Origin: Eledone cirrhosa
Taxonomy: Eukaryota
Length of the DNA stretch: 64,000 bases
NCBI GenBank assembly: GCA_964016885.1
Contig: OZ024744.1
Span: forward strand, 10,726,001-10,790,000
Direction of reading: 5' to 3'
Part shown: one piece after another, positions 26,112 to 40,600 of the stretch
Layout: each line of letters begins with the position of its first letter
How positions within the stretch are numbered: the stretch's first letter is position 1
The notes under the pieces: model-generated
What the model saw: only the letters and a program-made list of their open reading frames with translations
What the model was told of the DNA's origin: nothing
Databases searched by the model: none
Position numbers and translations under genes: made by a program

Positions 26112-29100
26112 ACTCCAATATATTGTGTTGTTGTACTCCAATATGTCATGGTGTTGTACTTCAATATGTCGTATTGTTGTACTCCAATATGTTGTGTTGT
26201 TCTCCAATATGTCGTGTTGTTATACTCCAATATGTTATGATGTTGTACTCCAATATATTGTGTTGTTGTACTCCAATATGTTGTGTTGCTCTACTCCAAT
26301 ATGTTGTGTCGTTGTACTCCAATATGTTGTGTTGTTATACTCCAATATGTTGTGCTGTTGTACTCCAATATGTCATGTTGTTGTACTTCGATATTTCGTG
26401 TTGTTGTACTCCAACATGTCGTGTTTTTGTACTCCAATATGTTTTGATGTTGTACTCCAATATGTTGTGTTGCTGTACTCCAATATGTTGTATTGTTGTA
26501 CTCCAATATGCTTGTTGTTATACTCCTATATGTTGTGCTGTTGTACTCCAATATGTTGTGTTGTACTCCAATATGTTGTGTTGTTATACTCCAATATGTT
26601 GTGTTGTTGTACTCCAATATGTTGTGTTGTTGTACTCCAATATGTGATGTTGTTGTACTCCAATATGTCGTGATGTTGTACTCCAATATGCTGTGTTGTT
26701 ATACTCCACTATTTCGTGTTGTTATACTCCAATATGTTGTGTTGTTGTACTCCAATATGTTGTTTTGTTGTACTCCAATATGTCATGTTGTTGTACTCCA
26801 GTATGTCTTGTTATACTCCAATATGTCGTTTTGCTGTACTCCAATATGTCATGATGTTGTACTCCAATATGTTTTGCTGTTGTACTCCACTGTGTTGTGT
26901 TGTTGAACTCCAATATGTTGTGTTGTTGTTCTCCAATATTTTGTGATCTTGTACTCCAATGTGTTGTGTTGTTATACTCCAATATGTTGTGTTGTTATAC
27001 TCCAATATGTTGTGTTGTTATACTCCAATATGTTGTGTTGTTGTACTCCAATATGTTGTGTTGTGATACTCCAATATGTTGTGCTGCTGTACTCCAATAT
27101 GTTGAGTTGTTATACTCCAATATGTAGTGTTGTTATACTTCAATGTGTTTTGTTGTTGTACTCCAATATGTTGTGTTGCTGTACTCCAATATGTTGTATT
27201 GTTGTACTCCAATATGTTGTGTTGTTGTACTCCAATATGTGATGTTGTTGTACTCCAATATGTCGGGTTGTTGTACTCCAATATGTTGTGTTGTTATACT
27301 CCAATATTTCGTGTTGTTTTACTCCAATATGTCATGCTGTTGTACTCCAATATGTTTTGCTGTTGTACTCCACTGTGTTGTGTTGTTGAACTCCAATATG
27401 TTGTGTTGTTGTTCTCCAATATTTTGTGCTGTTGTACTCCAATTTGTGTTGTTGTACTCCAATATGTTATGTTGTTGTACTCCAATATGTTGTGTTGTTG
27501 TACTCCAATATGTTGTGCTGTTGTACTCCAATATTTCGTGTTGTTGTACTCCAATACGTCGTGTTGTTGTACTCCAATATGTTTTGATGTTGTACTCCAA
27601 TATGTTGTGTTGTTGTACTCCAATATGTTTTGATGTTGTACTCCAATATGTTGTGTTGTTGTACTCCAATATGTTGTGTAGGCGTACTCCAATATGTTGT
27701 GTTGTTGTACTCCAATATGATGTGATGTTGTACTCCAATATGATGTGATGTTGTACTCCAATGCGTTGTGTTGTTGTACTCCAATGTGATGTGTTGTTGT
27801 ACTCCAATATGTTGTGTCGTTGTACTCTAATATTTTTTATTTTTGTACTCCAATATGTTGTGTTGTTATACTCCAATATGTTGTGCTGTTGTACTCCAAA
27901 TCTCGTGTTGTTATACTCCAATGTGTTGTGTTGTTATACTCCAATATGGTGTGTTGTTGTACTCCAATATGTTGTATTGTTTTTTCCAATATGTCATGTT
28001 ATACTCCAATATGTTGTGTTCGTGTACTCCAATATGTTTGTTATTGTACTCCAATATGTTGCGTTGTTGTACTCCAATATGTTGTGTTGTTATACTCCAA
28101 TATGTTGTGTTGTTGTACTCCAATATGTTGTCTTGTTGTACTCCAAAAGGCCATGTTATCGTACTCCAATATGTCTTGTTATACTCCAATATGTCGTGTG
28201 GCTGTACTCCAATATGTCATGTTGTTGTACTCCAATATGTCTTGTTATAGTCCAATATGTCGTGTTGTTGTACTCCAATATGTCATGTAGTTGTATTCCA
28301 ATATTTCGTGTTGTTGTACCCCAATATGTCGTGTTGTTTATACTCCAATATGTTTTGCTGTTGTACTCCAATATGTTGTGTTGCTGTACTCCAATATGTT
28401 GTGTTGTTATTCTCCAATATGTTGTGCTGTTGTACTCCAATGTGTTATGTTGTTATACTCCAATATGTTGTGCTGTGCTACTCCAATATATTGTGTTGTT
28501 GTACTCCAATGTGTTGTGTTGTTATACTCCAATATGTTGTGTTGATTTACTCCAATATGTTGTGTTGTTGTACTCCAATCTGTTGTGTTGTTATACTCCA
28601 ATATGTTGTGTTGTTATACTCCAATATGTTGTGTTGTTTTACTCCAATATGTTGTGTTGTTGTACTCCAATATGTTGTGTTGTTGTACTCCAATATGTTG
28701 TGTTGTTGTAATCCAATATCTTGTGTTGTTATACTCCAATATGTTGTGTTGTTGTACTCCAATATGTTGTGTTGTTGTACTCCAATATGTTGTATTGTTG
28801 TTCTCCAATATGTCATGTTATACTCCAATAAGTTGTGTTATTGTACTCCAATGTGTTGTGTTGTTGTACTCCAATATATCATGTTGTCGTACTCCAATAT
28901 GTCATGTTATACTCCAATATGTCGTTGTTATACTCCAATATGTCATGTTGTTGTACTCCAATATGTCGTATTGTTGTACTCCAATATGTTTTGATGTTGT
29001 ACTCCAATGTGTTGTGTTGTTGTACTCCAATATGTTGTGTAGTCGTACTCCAATATGTTGTATTGTTATACTCCAATATGTTGTACTATTGTACTCCAAT

Positions 29101-31249
29101 ATGTTCTGTTGTTGTACTCCAATATATTGTGTTGTTGTACTCCAATATGTCGTGTTGTTGTACTCCAATATGTCGTGTTGTTGTACTCCAATATGTTGTG
29201 TTGTTGTACTCCAATATGTTGTGTTGTTGTACTCCAATATGTTGTGTTGTTATACTCCAATATGTTATGTTGTTGTACTCCAATATGTCATGTTGTTGTA
29301 CTCCAATATGTTTTGATGTTGCACTCCAATATGTTGTGTTGTTGTACTCCAATATGTTGTGTAGTCGTACTCCAATATGTTGTGTTGTTGTACTCCAATA
29401 TGCTGTGATGTTGTACTCCAATATGATGTGCTGTTGTACTCCAATGCGTTGTGTTGTTGTACTCCAATATGCTGTGTTGTTATACTCCAATATGTTGTGT
29501 TGTTGTACTCCAATATGTTGTGTTGTTGTACTCCAATATGTTGTGTTGTTGTAATCCAATATCTTGTGTTGTTATACTCCAATATGTTGTGCTGTTGTAC
29601 TCCAATATGTTGAATTGTTATACTCCAATATGTTGTGTTGTTGTACTCCAATATGTTGTGTTGTTGTACTCCAATATGTTGTGTTATTGTACTCCAATAT
29701 GTGATGTTGTTGTACTCCAATATGTCGTGATGTTGTACTCCAATATGTTGTGTTGTTATACTCCACTATTTCATGTTGTTGTACTCCAATATGTCTTGTT
29801 GTTGTACTCCAATATGTTTTGATGTTGTACTCCAATATGTTGTGTTGTTGTACTCCAATATATCATGTTGTCGTACTCCAATATGTCATGTTATACTCCA
29901 ATATGTCGTTGTTATACTCCAATATGTCATGTTGTTGTACTCCAATATGTTGTGTTGTTGTACTCCGATATGTTGTGTTGGACTATACTCCAATATGTAG
30001 TGTTGTGGTAATCCAATATGTTGTGTTGTTGTACTCCAATATATAGTGATGTTGTACTCCAATATGTTGTGTTGTTATACTCCACTATTTCGTGTTGTTT
30101 TACTCCAATATGTCATGTTGTTGTTCTCCAATATTTCGTGTTGTTGTACTCCAATATGTCATGGTGTTGTACTTCAATATGTGCTATTGTTGTACTCCAA
30201 TATGTTGTGTTGTTGTTCTCCAATATGTCGTGTTGTTATACTCCAATATGTTATGATGTTGTACTGCAATATATTGTGTTGTTGTACTCCAATATGTCTT
30301 GTTATAGTCCAATATATCGTGTTGTTGTACTCCAATATGTCATGTTGTTGTACTCCAATATTTCGTGTTGTTGTACACCAATATGTCGTGTTGATTATAC
30401 TACAATTTTTGTTGCTGTTGTACTCCAATATGTTGTGTTGTTGTACTCTAATATGTTGTGTTGTTATTCTCCAATATGTTGTGCTGTTGTACTCCAATAT
30501 GTTGTATTGTTGTTCTCCAATATGTCATGTTATACTCCAATAAGTTGTGTTCTTGTACTCCAATATGTTGTGTTGTTGTACTCCAATATGTTGTGTTGTT
30601 GTACTCCAATATGTTGTGTTGTTGTACTCCAATATATCATGTTGTCGTACTCCAATGTGTCATGTTATACTCTAATATGTCGTTGTTATACTCCAATATG
30701 TCATGATGTTGTACTCCAATATGTCGTGTTCTTGTACTCCAATATGCCGTGTTGTCGTACTCCAATATTTTGTGTTGTTGTACTCCAATATGTTGTGCTG
30801 TTGTACTCCAATATGTTGTGTTGTTGTACTTCAATATGTTGTGTTGTTATACTCCAATATGTTGTGCTGTTGTACTCCAATATTTCGTGTTGTTGTACTC
30901 CAATACGTCGTGTTGTACTCCAATATGTTGTGTTGTTATACTCCAATATGTTATGTTGTTGTACTCCAATATGTCTTGTTGTTGTACTCCAATATGTTTT
31001 GATGTTGTACTCCAATATGTTGTGTTGTTGTACTCCAATATGATGTGATGTTGTACTCCAATGCGTTGTGTTGTTGTACTCCAATGTGATGTGTTGTTGT
31101 ACTCCAATATGTTGTGTTGTTATACTCCAATGTGTTGTGTTGTTATACTCCAATATGTTGTGTTGTTGTAGCCCAATATGTTGTGTTGTTGTACTCCAAT
31201 GTGATATGTTGTTATACTCCAATATGTTGTGCTGTTGTACTCCAATATG

Positions 31250-34200
31250 TTGTGTTGCTGTACTCCTATATGTTGCGTTGTTATTCTCCAATATGTTGTG
31301 CTGTTGTACTCCAATGTGTTGTGTTGTTATACTCCAATATGTTGTGTTGATTTACTCCAATATGTTGTGTTGTTGTACTCCAATCTGTTGTGTTGTTATA
31401 CTCCAATGTGTTGTGTTGTTATACTCCAATATGTTGTGTTGTTGTAGCCCAATATGTTGTGTTGTTGTACTCCAATATGTTGTGTTGTCGTACTCCAATA
31501 TGTCCTGTTGTTGTACTCCAATATGTTGTGTTGTTATACTCCAATATTTCATGTGGTTGTACTCCAATATGTTGTCTTGCTGTACTCCAATCTGTTGTAT
31601 TGTTGTACTCCAATATGTTCTGTTGTTGTACTCCAATATATTGTATTGTTGTACTCCAGTATGTTGTGTTGTTGTACTCCAATATGCTGTGTTGTTGTAC
31701 TCCAATATGTTGTGTTGTTGTACTCCAATATGTTGTGTTGTTGTACTCCAATATCTTGTGTTGTTGTACTCCAATATGTTGTGTTGTTGTACTCCAATAT
31801 GTTGTGTTGTGGTACTCCAATATGGTGTGTTGTTGAACTCCAATATGTTGTATTGTTTTTCTCCAATATGTCATGTTATACTCCAATATGTTGTGTTCGT
31901 GTACTCCAATATGTCATGTTGTTGTACTCCAGTATGTCTTGTTATACTCCAATATGTCGTGTTGCTGTACTCCAATATGTCATGCTGTTGTACTCCAATA
32001 TTTCGTGTCGTTGTACTCCAATATGTCGTGCTTTTGTACTCCAATATGTTTTGCTGTTGTACTCCACTGTGTTGTGTTGTTGAACTGCAATATGTTGTGT
32101 TGTTGTTCTCCAATATTTTGTGATGTTGTACTCCAATGTGTTGTGTTGTTATACTCCAATATGTTGTGTTGTGATACTCCAATGTGTTGTGTTGTTGTAC
32201 TCCAATATGTTGTGTTGTTGTACTCCAATATGTTGTGTTGTTATACTCCAATGTGGTGTGCTGTTGTAATCCAATAGGTTGTGTTGTACTCCAATATGTT
32301 GTGTTGTTATACTCCACTATGTAGTGTTGTTATACTCCAATATGTTATGATGTTGTACTGCAATATATTGTGTTGTTGTACTCCAATATGTCTTGTTATA
32401 GTCCAATATGCCGTGTTGTTGTACTCCAATATGTCATGCTGTTGTACTCCAATATTTCGTGTTGTTGTATACCAATATGTCGTGTTGATTATACTACAAT
32501 TTTTGTTGCTGTTGTACTCCAATATGTTGTGTTGTTGTACTCTAATATGTTGTGTTGTTATTCTCCAATATGTTGTGCTGTTGTACTCCAATGTGTTATG
32601 TTGTTATACTCCAATATGTTGTGCTGTGATACTCCAATATGTTGTGTTGTTGTACTCCAATCTGTTGTGTTGTTATACTCCAATATGTTGTGTTGTTATA
32701 CTCCAATATGTTGTGTTGTTTTACTCCAATATGTTGTGTTGTTGTACTCCAATATGTTGTGTTGTAGTACTCCAATATGTTGTGTTGTTGTAATCCAATA
32801 TCTTGTGTTGTTATACTCCAATATGTTGTGTTGTTGTACTCCAATATGTTGTGTTGTTGTTCTCCAATATGTTGTGTTGTTATACTCCAATATGTTGTGT
32901 TATGATACTCCAATATGTTGTGCTGTTGTACTCCAATATGTTGTGTTGTCGTACTCCAATATGTGATGTTGTACTCCAATATGTCCTGTTGTTATACTCC
33001 AATATGTTGTGTTGTTATACTCCAATATGTCATGGTGTTGTACTTCAATATGTCGTGTTGTTGTACTCCAATATGTTGTGTTGTTGTACTCCAATACGCG
33101 ATGTTGTTGTACTCCAATATGTTGTGTTGTTATACTCCAATATATTGTGTTGTTATACTCCAAAATGTTGTGTTGTTATACTCCAATATGTTGTGTTTTT
33201 GTACTCCAACATGTTGTGCTATTGTACTCCAATATGATGTGTTGTTGTACTCCAATATGATGTGCTGTTGTACTCCAATGTGTTGTGTTGTTGTACTCCA
33301 ATATGTTGTGCCATTGTACTCCAATATTTTTTTGTTTTTGTACTCCAATATGTTGTGTTTTTATACTCCAATATGTTGTGTTGGTGTACTCCAATATGGT
33401 GTGCTGTTGTACTCCAAATCTCGTGTTGTTATACTCCAATGTGTTGTGTTGTTATACTCCAATATGGTGTGTTGTTGTACTCCAATATGTTGTATTGTTT
33501 TTCTCCAATATGTCATGTTATACTCCAATATGTTGTGTTCGTGTACTCCAATATGTTGTGTTATTGTACTCCAATATGTTGCGTTGTTGTACTCCAATAT
33601 GTTGTGTTGTTATACTCCAATATGTTGTGTTGTTGTACTCCAATATGTTGTTTTGTTGTACTCCAATATGTCATGTTGTTGTACTCCAGTATGTCTTGTT
33701 ATACTCCAATATGTCGTGTTGCTGTACTCCAATATGTCATGATGTTGTACTCCAATATGTTTTGCTGTTGTACTCCACTGTGTTGTGTTGTTGAACTCCA
33801 ATATGTTGTGTTGTTGTTCTCCAATATTTTGTGATGTTGTACTCCAATGTGTTTTGTTGTTATACTCCAATATGTTGTGTTGTTATACTCCAATATGTTG
33901 TGTTGTTATACTCCAATATGTTGTGTTGTTGTACTCCAATATGTTGTGTTGTGATACTCCAATATGTTGTGCTGTTGTACTCCAATATGTTGAGTTGTTA
34001 TACTCCAATATGTAGTGTTGTTATACTTCAATATGTTGTGTTGTTGTACTCCAATATGTTGTGTTATTGTACTCCAATATGTTGCGTTGTTGTACTCCAA
34101 TATGTTGCGTTGTTGTACTCCAATATGTTGTGTTGTTATACTCCAATATGTCGTGTGGCTGTACTCCAATATTTCGTGTTGTTGTACCCCAATATGTAGT

Positions 34201-37200
34201 GTTGTTTATACTCCAATTTTTTTTGCTGTTGTACTCCAATATGTTGTGTTGCTGTACTCCTATATGTTGCGTTGTTATTCTCCAATATGTTGTGCTGTTG
34301 TACTCCAATGTGTTGTGTTGTTATACTCCAATATGTTGTGTTGATTTACTCCAATATGTTGTGTTGTTGTACTCCAATCTGTTGTGTTGTTATACTCCAA
34401 TGTGTTGTGTTGTTATACTCCAATATGTTGTGTTGTTGTAGTCCAATATGTTGTGTTGTTGTACTCCAATATGTTGTGTTGTCGTACTCCAATATGTCCT
34501 GTTGTTGTACTCCAATATGTTGTGTTGTTATACTCCAATATTTCGTGTGGTTGTACTCCAATATGTCATGGTGTTGTACTTCAATATGTCGTGTTGTTGT
34601 ACTCCAATATGTTGTCTTGCTATACTCCAATCTTTTGTATTGTTGTACTCCAATATGTTCTGTTGTTGTACTCCAATATATTGTATTGTTTTACTCCAAT
34701 ATGTTGTGTTGTTGTACTCCAATATGCTGTGTTGTTGTACTCCAATATGTTGTGTTGTTGTACTCCAATATGTTGTGTTGTTGTACTCCAATATCTTGTG
34801 TTGTTGTACTCCAATATGTTGTGTTGTTGTACTCCAATATGTTGTGTTGTGGTACTCCAATATGGTGTGCTGTTGTACTCCAATATGATGTGCTGTTGTA
34901 CTCCAATATGTTGTGTTGTTGTACTCCAATGTGTTGTGTTGTTGTACTCCAATATGTTGTGCCGCTGTACTCCAATATCTTTTTGTTTTTGTACTCCAAT
35001 GTGTTGTGTTGTTATACTCCAATATGGTGTGTTGTTGAACTCCAATATGTTGTATTGTTTTTCTCCAATATGTCATGTTATACTCCAATATGTTGTGTTC
35101 GTGTACTCCAATATGTTGTGTTATTGTACTCCAATATGTTGCGTTGTTGTACTCCAGTATGTTGTGTTGTTATACTCCAATACGTTGTGTTGTTGTACTC
35201 CAATATGTCATGTTGTTGTACTCCAGTATGTCTTGTTATACTCCAATATGTCGTGTTGCTGTACTCCAATATGTCATGCTGTTGTACTCCAATATTTCGT
35301 GTCGTTGTACTCCAATATGTCGTGCTTTTTTACTCCAATATGTTTTGCTGTTGTACTCCACTGTGTTGTGTTGTTGAACTCCAATATGTTGTGTTGTTGT
35401 TCTCCAATATTTTGTGATGTTGTACTCCAATGTGTTGTGTTGTTATACTCCAATATGTTGTGTTGTGATACTCCAATGTGTTGTGTTGTTGTACTCCAAT
35501 ATGTTGTGTTGTTGTACTCCAATATGTTGTGTTGTTATACTCCAATGTGGTGTGCTGTTGTAATCCAATATGTTGTGTTGTACTCCAATATGTTGTGTTG
35601 TTATACTCCAATATGTAGTGTTGTTATACTCCAATATGTTATGATGTTGTACTGCAATATATTGTGTTGTTGTACTCCAATATGTCATGCTGTTGTACTC
35701 CAATATTTCGTGTTGTTGTACCCCAATATGTCGTGTTGATTATACTACAATTTTTGTTGCTGTTGTACTCCAATATGTTGTGTTGTTGTACTCTAATATG
35801 TTGTGTTGTTATTCTCCAATATGTTGTGCTGTTGTACTCCAATGTGTTATGTTGTTATACTCCAATATGTTGTGCTGTGATACTCCAATATGTTGTGTTG
35901 TTGTACTCCGATCTGTTGTGTTGTTATACTCCAATATGTTGTGTTGTTATACTCCAATATGTTGTGTTGTTTTACTCCAATATGTTGTGTTGTTGTACTC
36001 CAATATGTTGTGTTGTAGTACTCCAATATGTTGTGTTGTTGTAATCCAATATCTTGTGTTGTTATACTCCAATATGTTGTGTTGTTGTACTCCAATATGT
36101 TGTGTTGTTGTTCTCCAATATGTTGTGTTGTTATACTCCAATATGTTGTGTTATGATACTCCAATATGTTGTGCTGTTGTACTCCAATATGTTGTGTTGT
36201 CGTACTCCAATATGTGATGTTGTACTCCAATATGTCCTGTTGTTATACTCCAATATGTTGTGTTGTTATACTCCAATATGTCATGGTGTTGTACTTCAAT
36301 ATGTCGTGTTGTTGTACTCCAATATGTTGTGTTGTTGTACTCCAATACGCGATGTTGTTGTACTCCAATATGTTGTGTTGTTGTACTCCAATATATTGTG
36401 TTGTTATACTCCAATATGTTGTGTTGTTATACGCCAATATGTTGTGTTTTTGTACTCCAACATGTTGTGCTGTTGTACTCCAATATGATGTGTTGTTGTA
36501 CTCCAATATGATGTGCTGTTGTACTCCAATGTGTTGTGCCGTTGTACTCCAATATTTTTTGTTTTTGTACTCCAATATGTTGTGTTTTTATACTCCAATA
36601 TGTTGTGTTGGTGTACTCCAACATGGTGTGCTGTTATACTCCAATGTGTTGTGTTGTTATACTCCAATGTGTTGTGTTGTTATACTCCAATATGGTGTGT
36701 TGTTGTACTCCAATATGTTGTATTGTTTTTCCCCAATATGTCATGTTATACTCCAATATGTTGTGTTCGTGTACTCCAATATGTTGTGTTATTGTACTCC
36801 AATATGTTGCGTTGTTGTACTCCAATATGTTGTGTTGTTATACTCCAATATGTTGTGTTGTTTTACTCCAATATGTTGTTTTGTTGTACTCCAATATGTC
36901 GTGTTGTTGTACTCCAGTATGTCTTGTTATACTCCAATATGTCGTGTTGCTGTACTCCAATATGTCATGCTGTTGTACTCCAATATGTTTTGCTGTTGTA
37001 CTCCACTGTGTTGTGTTGTTGAACTCCAATATGTTGTGTTGTTGTTCTCCAATATTTTGTGATGTTGTACTCCAATGTGTTGTGTTGTTATACTCCAATA
37101 TGTTGTGTTGTTATACTCCAATATGTTGTGTTGTTATACTCCAATATGTTGTGTTGTTGTACTCCAATATGTTGTGTTGTGATACTCCAATATGTTGTGC

Positions 37201-37300
37201 TGTTGTACTCCAATATGTTGAGTTGTTATACTCCAATATGTAGTGTTGTTATACTTCAATATGTTGTGTTGTTGTACTCCAATATGTTGTGTTGTTGTAC
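31250..37300. repeat. Older ~3.0-3.3 kb tandem duplication nested inside the 12.8-kb unit (seen again at about 44150-50100)
   Basis: Offsets 31390->34384 (2994), 31942->35236 (3294), 32596->35847 and 32803->36054 (3251), 33610->36838 (3228). Shared markers CCAATACGCGATG and GTTGTAGTACTCC. Confidence 0.85.
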
Positions 37301-37621
37301 TCCAATATGTGATGTTGTTGTACTCCAATATGTTTTGCTGTTGTACTCCACTGTGTTGTGTTGTTGAACTCCAATATGATGTGTTGTTGTTCTCCAATAT
37401 TTTGTGCTGTTGTACTCCAATTTGTGTTGTTGTACTCCAATATGTTGTGTTGTTGTACTTCAATATGTTGTGTTGTTGTACTCCAATATGTTGCGTTGTT
37501 ATACTCCAATATGTTGTGCTGTTGTACTCCAATATTTCGTGTTGTTGTACTCCAATACGGCGTGTTGTTGTACTCCAATATGTTTTGATGTTGTACTCCA
37601 ATATGTTGTGTTGTTGTACTT

Positions 37622-40600
37622 CAATATGTTTTGATGTTGTACTCCAATATGTTGTGTTTTTTGTACTCCAATATGTTGTGTAGTCGTACTCCAATATGTT
37701 GTGTTGTTGCACTCCAATATGATGTGATGTTGTACTCCAATATGATGTGATGTTGCACTCCAATGCGTTGTGTTGTTGTACTCCAATGTGATGTGTTGTT
37801 GTACTCCAATATGTTGTGCCGTTGTACTCCAATATTTTTTTATTTTTGTACTCCAATATGTTGTGTTGTTATACTCCAATATGTTGTGTTGTTATACTCC
37901 AATATGTTGTGCTGTTGTACTCCAAATCTCGTGTTGTTTTACTCCAATGTGTTGTGTTGTTATAATCCAATAAGGTGTGTTGTTGTACTCCAATATGTTG
38001 TATTGTTTTTTTCCAATATGTCATGTTATACTCCAATATGTTGTGTTCGTGTACTCCAATATGTTGTGTTATTGTACTCCAATATGTTGCGTTGTTGTAC
38101 TCCAATATGTTGTGTTGTTATACTCCAATATGTTGTGTTGTTGTACTCCAATATGTTGTCTTGTTGTACTCCAAAAGGCCATGTTATCGTACTCCAATAT
38201 GTCTTGTTATACTCCAATATGTCGTGTGGCTGTACTCCAATATGTCATGTTGTTGTACTCAAATATGTCTTGTTATAGTCCAATATGTCGTGTTGTTGTA
38301 CTCCAATATGTCATGTAGTTGTATTCCAATATTTCGTGTTGTTGTACCCCAATATGTCGTGTTGTTTATACTCCAATATGTTTTGCTGTTGTACTCCAAT
38401 ATGTTGTGTTGCTGTACTCCAATATGTTGTGTTGTTATTCTCCAATATGTTGTGCTGTTGTACTCCAATGTGTTATGTTGTTATACTCCAATATGTTGTG
38501 CTGTGCTACTCCAATATATTGTGTTGTTGTACTCCAATGTGTTGTGTTGTTATACTCCAATATGTTGTGTTGATTTACTCCAATATGTTGTGTTGTTGTA
38601 CTCCAATCTGTTGTGTTGTTATACTCCAATATGTTGTGTTGTTATACTCCAATATGTTGTGTTGTTTTACTCCAATATGTTGTGTTGTTGTACTCCAATA
38701 TGTTGTGTTGTTGTACTCCAATATGTTGTGTTGTTGTACTCCAATATGTTGTGTTGTTGTAATCCAATATCTTGTGTTGTTATACTCCAATATGTTGTGT
38801 TGTTGTACTCCAATATGTTGTGTTGTTATACTCCAATATGTTGTGTTGTGATACTCCAATATGTTGTGCTGTTGTACTCCAATATGTTGTGTTGTTATAC
38901 TCCAATATGTTGTGTTGTTTTACTCCAATATGTTGTGTTGTTGTACTCCAATATGTTGTATTGTTGTTCTCCAATATGTCATGTTATACTCCAATAAGTT
39001 GTGTTCTTGTACTCCAATATGTTGTGTTGTACTCCAATATATCATGTTGTCGTACTCCAATATGTCATGTTATACTCCAATATGTCGTTGTTATACTCAA
39101 ATATGTCATGTTGTTGTACTTCAATATGTCGTATTGTTGTACTCCAATATGTTTTGATGTTGTACTCCAATATGTTGTGTTGTTGTATTCCAATATGTTG
39201 TGTAGTCGTACTCCAATATGTTGTATTGTTATACTCCAATATGTTGTGCTGTTGTACTCCAATATGTTCTGTCGTTGAACTCCAATATATTGTGTTGTTC
39301 TACTCCAATATGTCGTGTTGTTGTACTCCAATATGTCGTGTTGTTGTACTCCAATATGTCGTGTTGTTGTACTCCAATATGTCGTGTTGTTGTACTCCAA
39401 TATGTTGTGTTGTTGTACTCCAATATGTTGTGTTGTTATACTCCAATATGTTATGTTGTTGTACTCCAATATGTCATGTTGTACTCCAATATGTTGTGTT
39501 GTTGTACTCCAATATGTTTTGATGTTGTACTCCAATATGTTGTGTTGTTGTACTCCAATATGTTGTGTAGTCGTACTCCAATATGTTGTGTTGTTGTTCT
39601 CCAATATGTTGTGTTGTTATACTCCAATATGTTATGTTGTTGTACTCCAATATGTCATGTTATACTCCAATATGTTTTGATGTTGTACTCCAATATGTTG
39701 TGCTGTTGTACTCCAATATTTTTTTGTTTTTGTACTCCAATATGTTGTGTTGTTATACTCCAATATGTTGTGCTGTTGTACTCCAAATCTCGTGTTGTTA
39801 TACTCCAATATGGTGTGTTCGTGTACTCCAATAGGTTATGTTATTGTACTCCAATATGTTGCGTTGTTGTACTCCAATATGTTGTGTTGTTATACTCCAA
39901 TATGTCGTGTTGTTTTACTCCAATATGTCATGCTGTTGTACTCCAATATGTTTTGCTGTTGTACTCCACTGTGTTGTGTTGTTGAACTCCAATATGTTGT
40001 GTTGTTGTTCTCCAATATTTTGTGCTGTTGTACTCCAATTTGTGTTGTTGTACTCCAATATGTTATGTTGTTGTACTCCAATATGTTGTGTTGTTGTACT
40101 CCAATATGTTGTGCTGTTGTACTCCAATATTTCGTGTTGTTGTACTCCAATACGTCGTGTTGTTGTACTCCAATATGTTTTGATGTTGTACTCCAATATG
40201 TTGTGTTGTTGTACTCCAATATGTTTTGATGTTGTACTCCAATATGTTGTGTTGTTGTACTCCAATATGTTGTGTAGGCGTACTCCAATATGTTGTGTTG
40301 TTGTACTCCAATATGATGTGATGTTGTACTCCAATATGATGTGATGTTGTACTCCAATGCGTTGTGTTGTTGTACTCCAATGTGATGTGTTGTTGTACTC
40401 CAATATGTTGTGTCGTTGTACTCTAATATTTTTTATTTTTGTACTCCAATATGTTGTGTTGTTATACTCCAATATGTTGTGCTGTTGTACTCCAAATCTC
40501 GTGTTGTTATACTCCAATGTGTTGTGTTGTTATACTCCAATATGGTGTGTTGTTGTACTCCAATATGTTGTATTGTTTTTTCCAATATGTCATGTTATAC

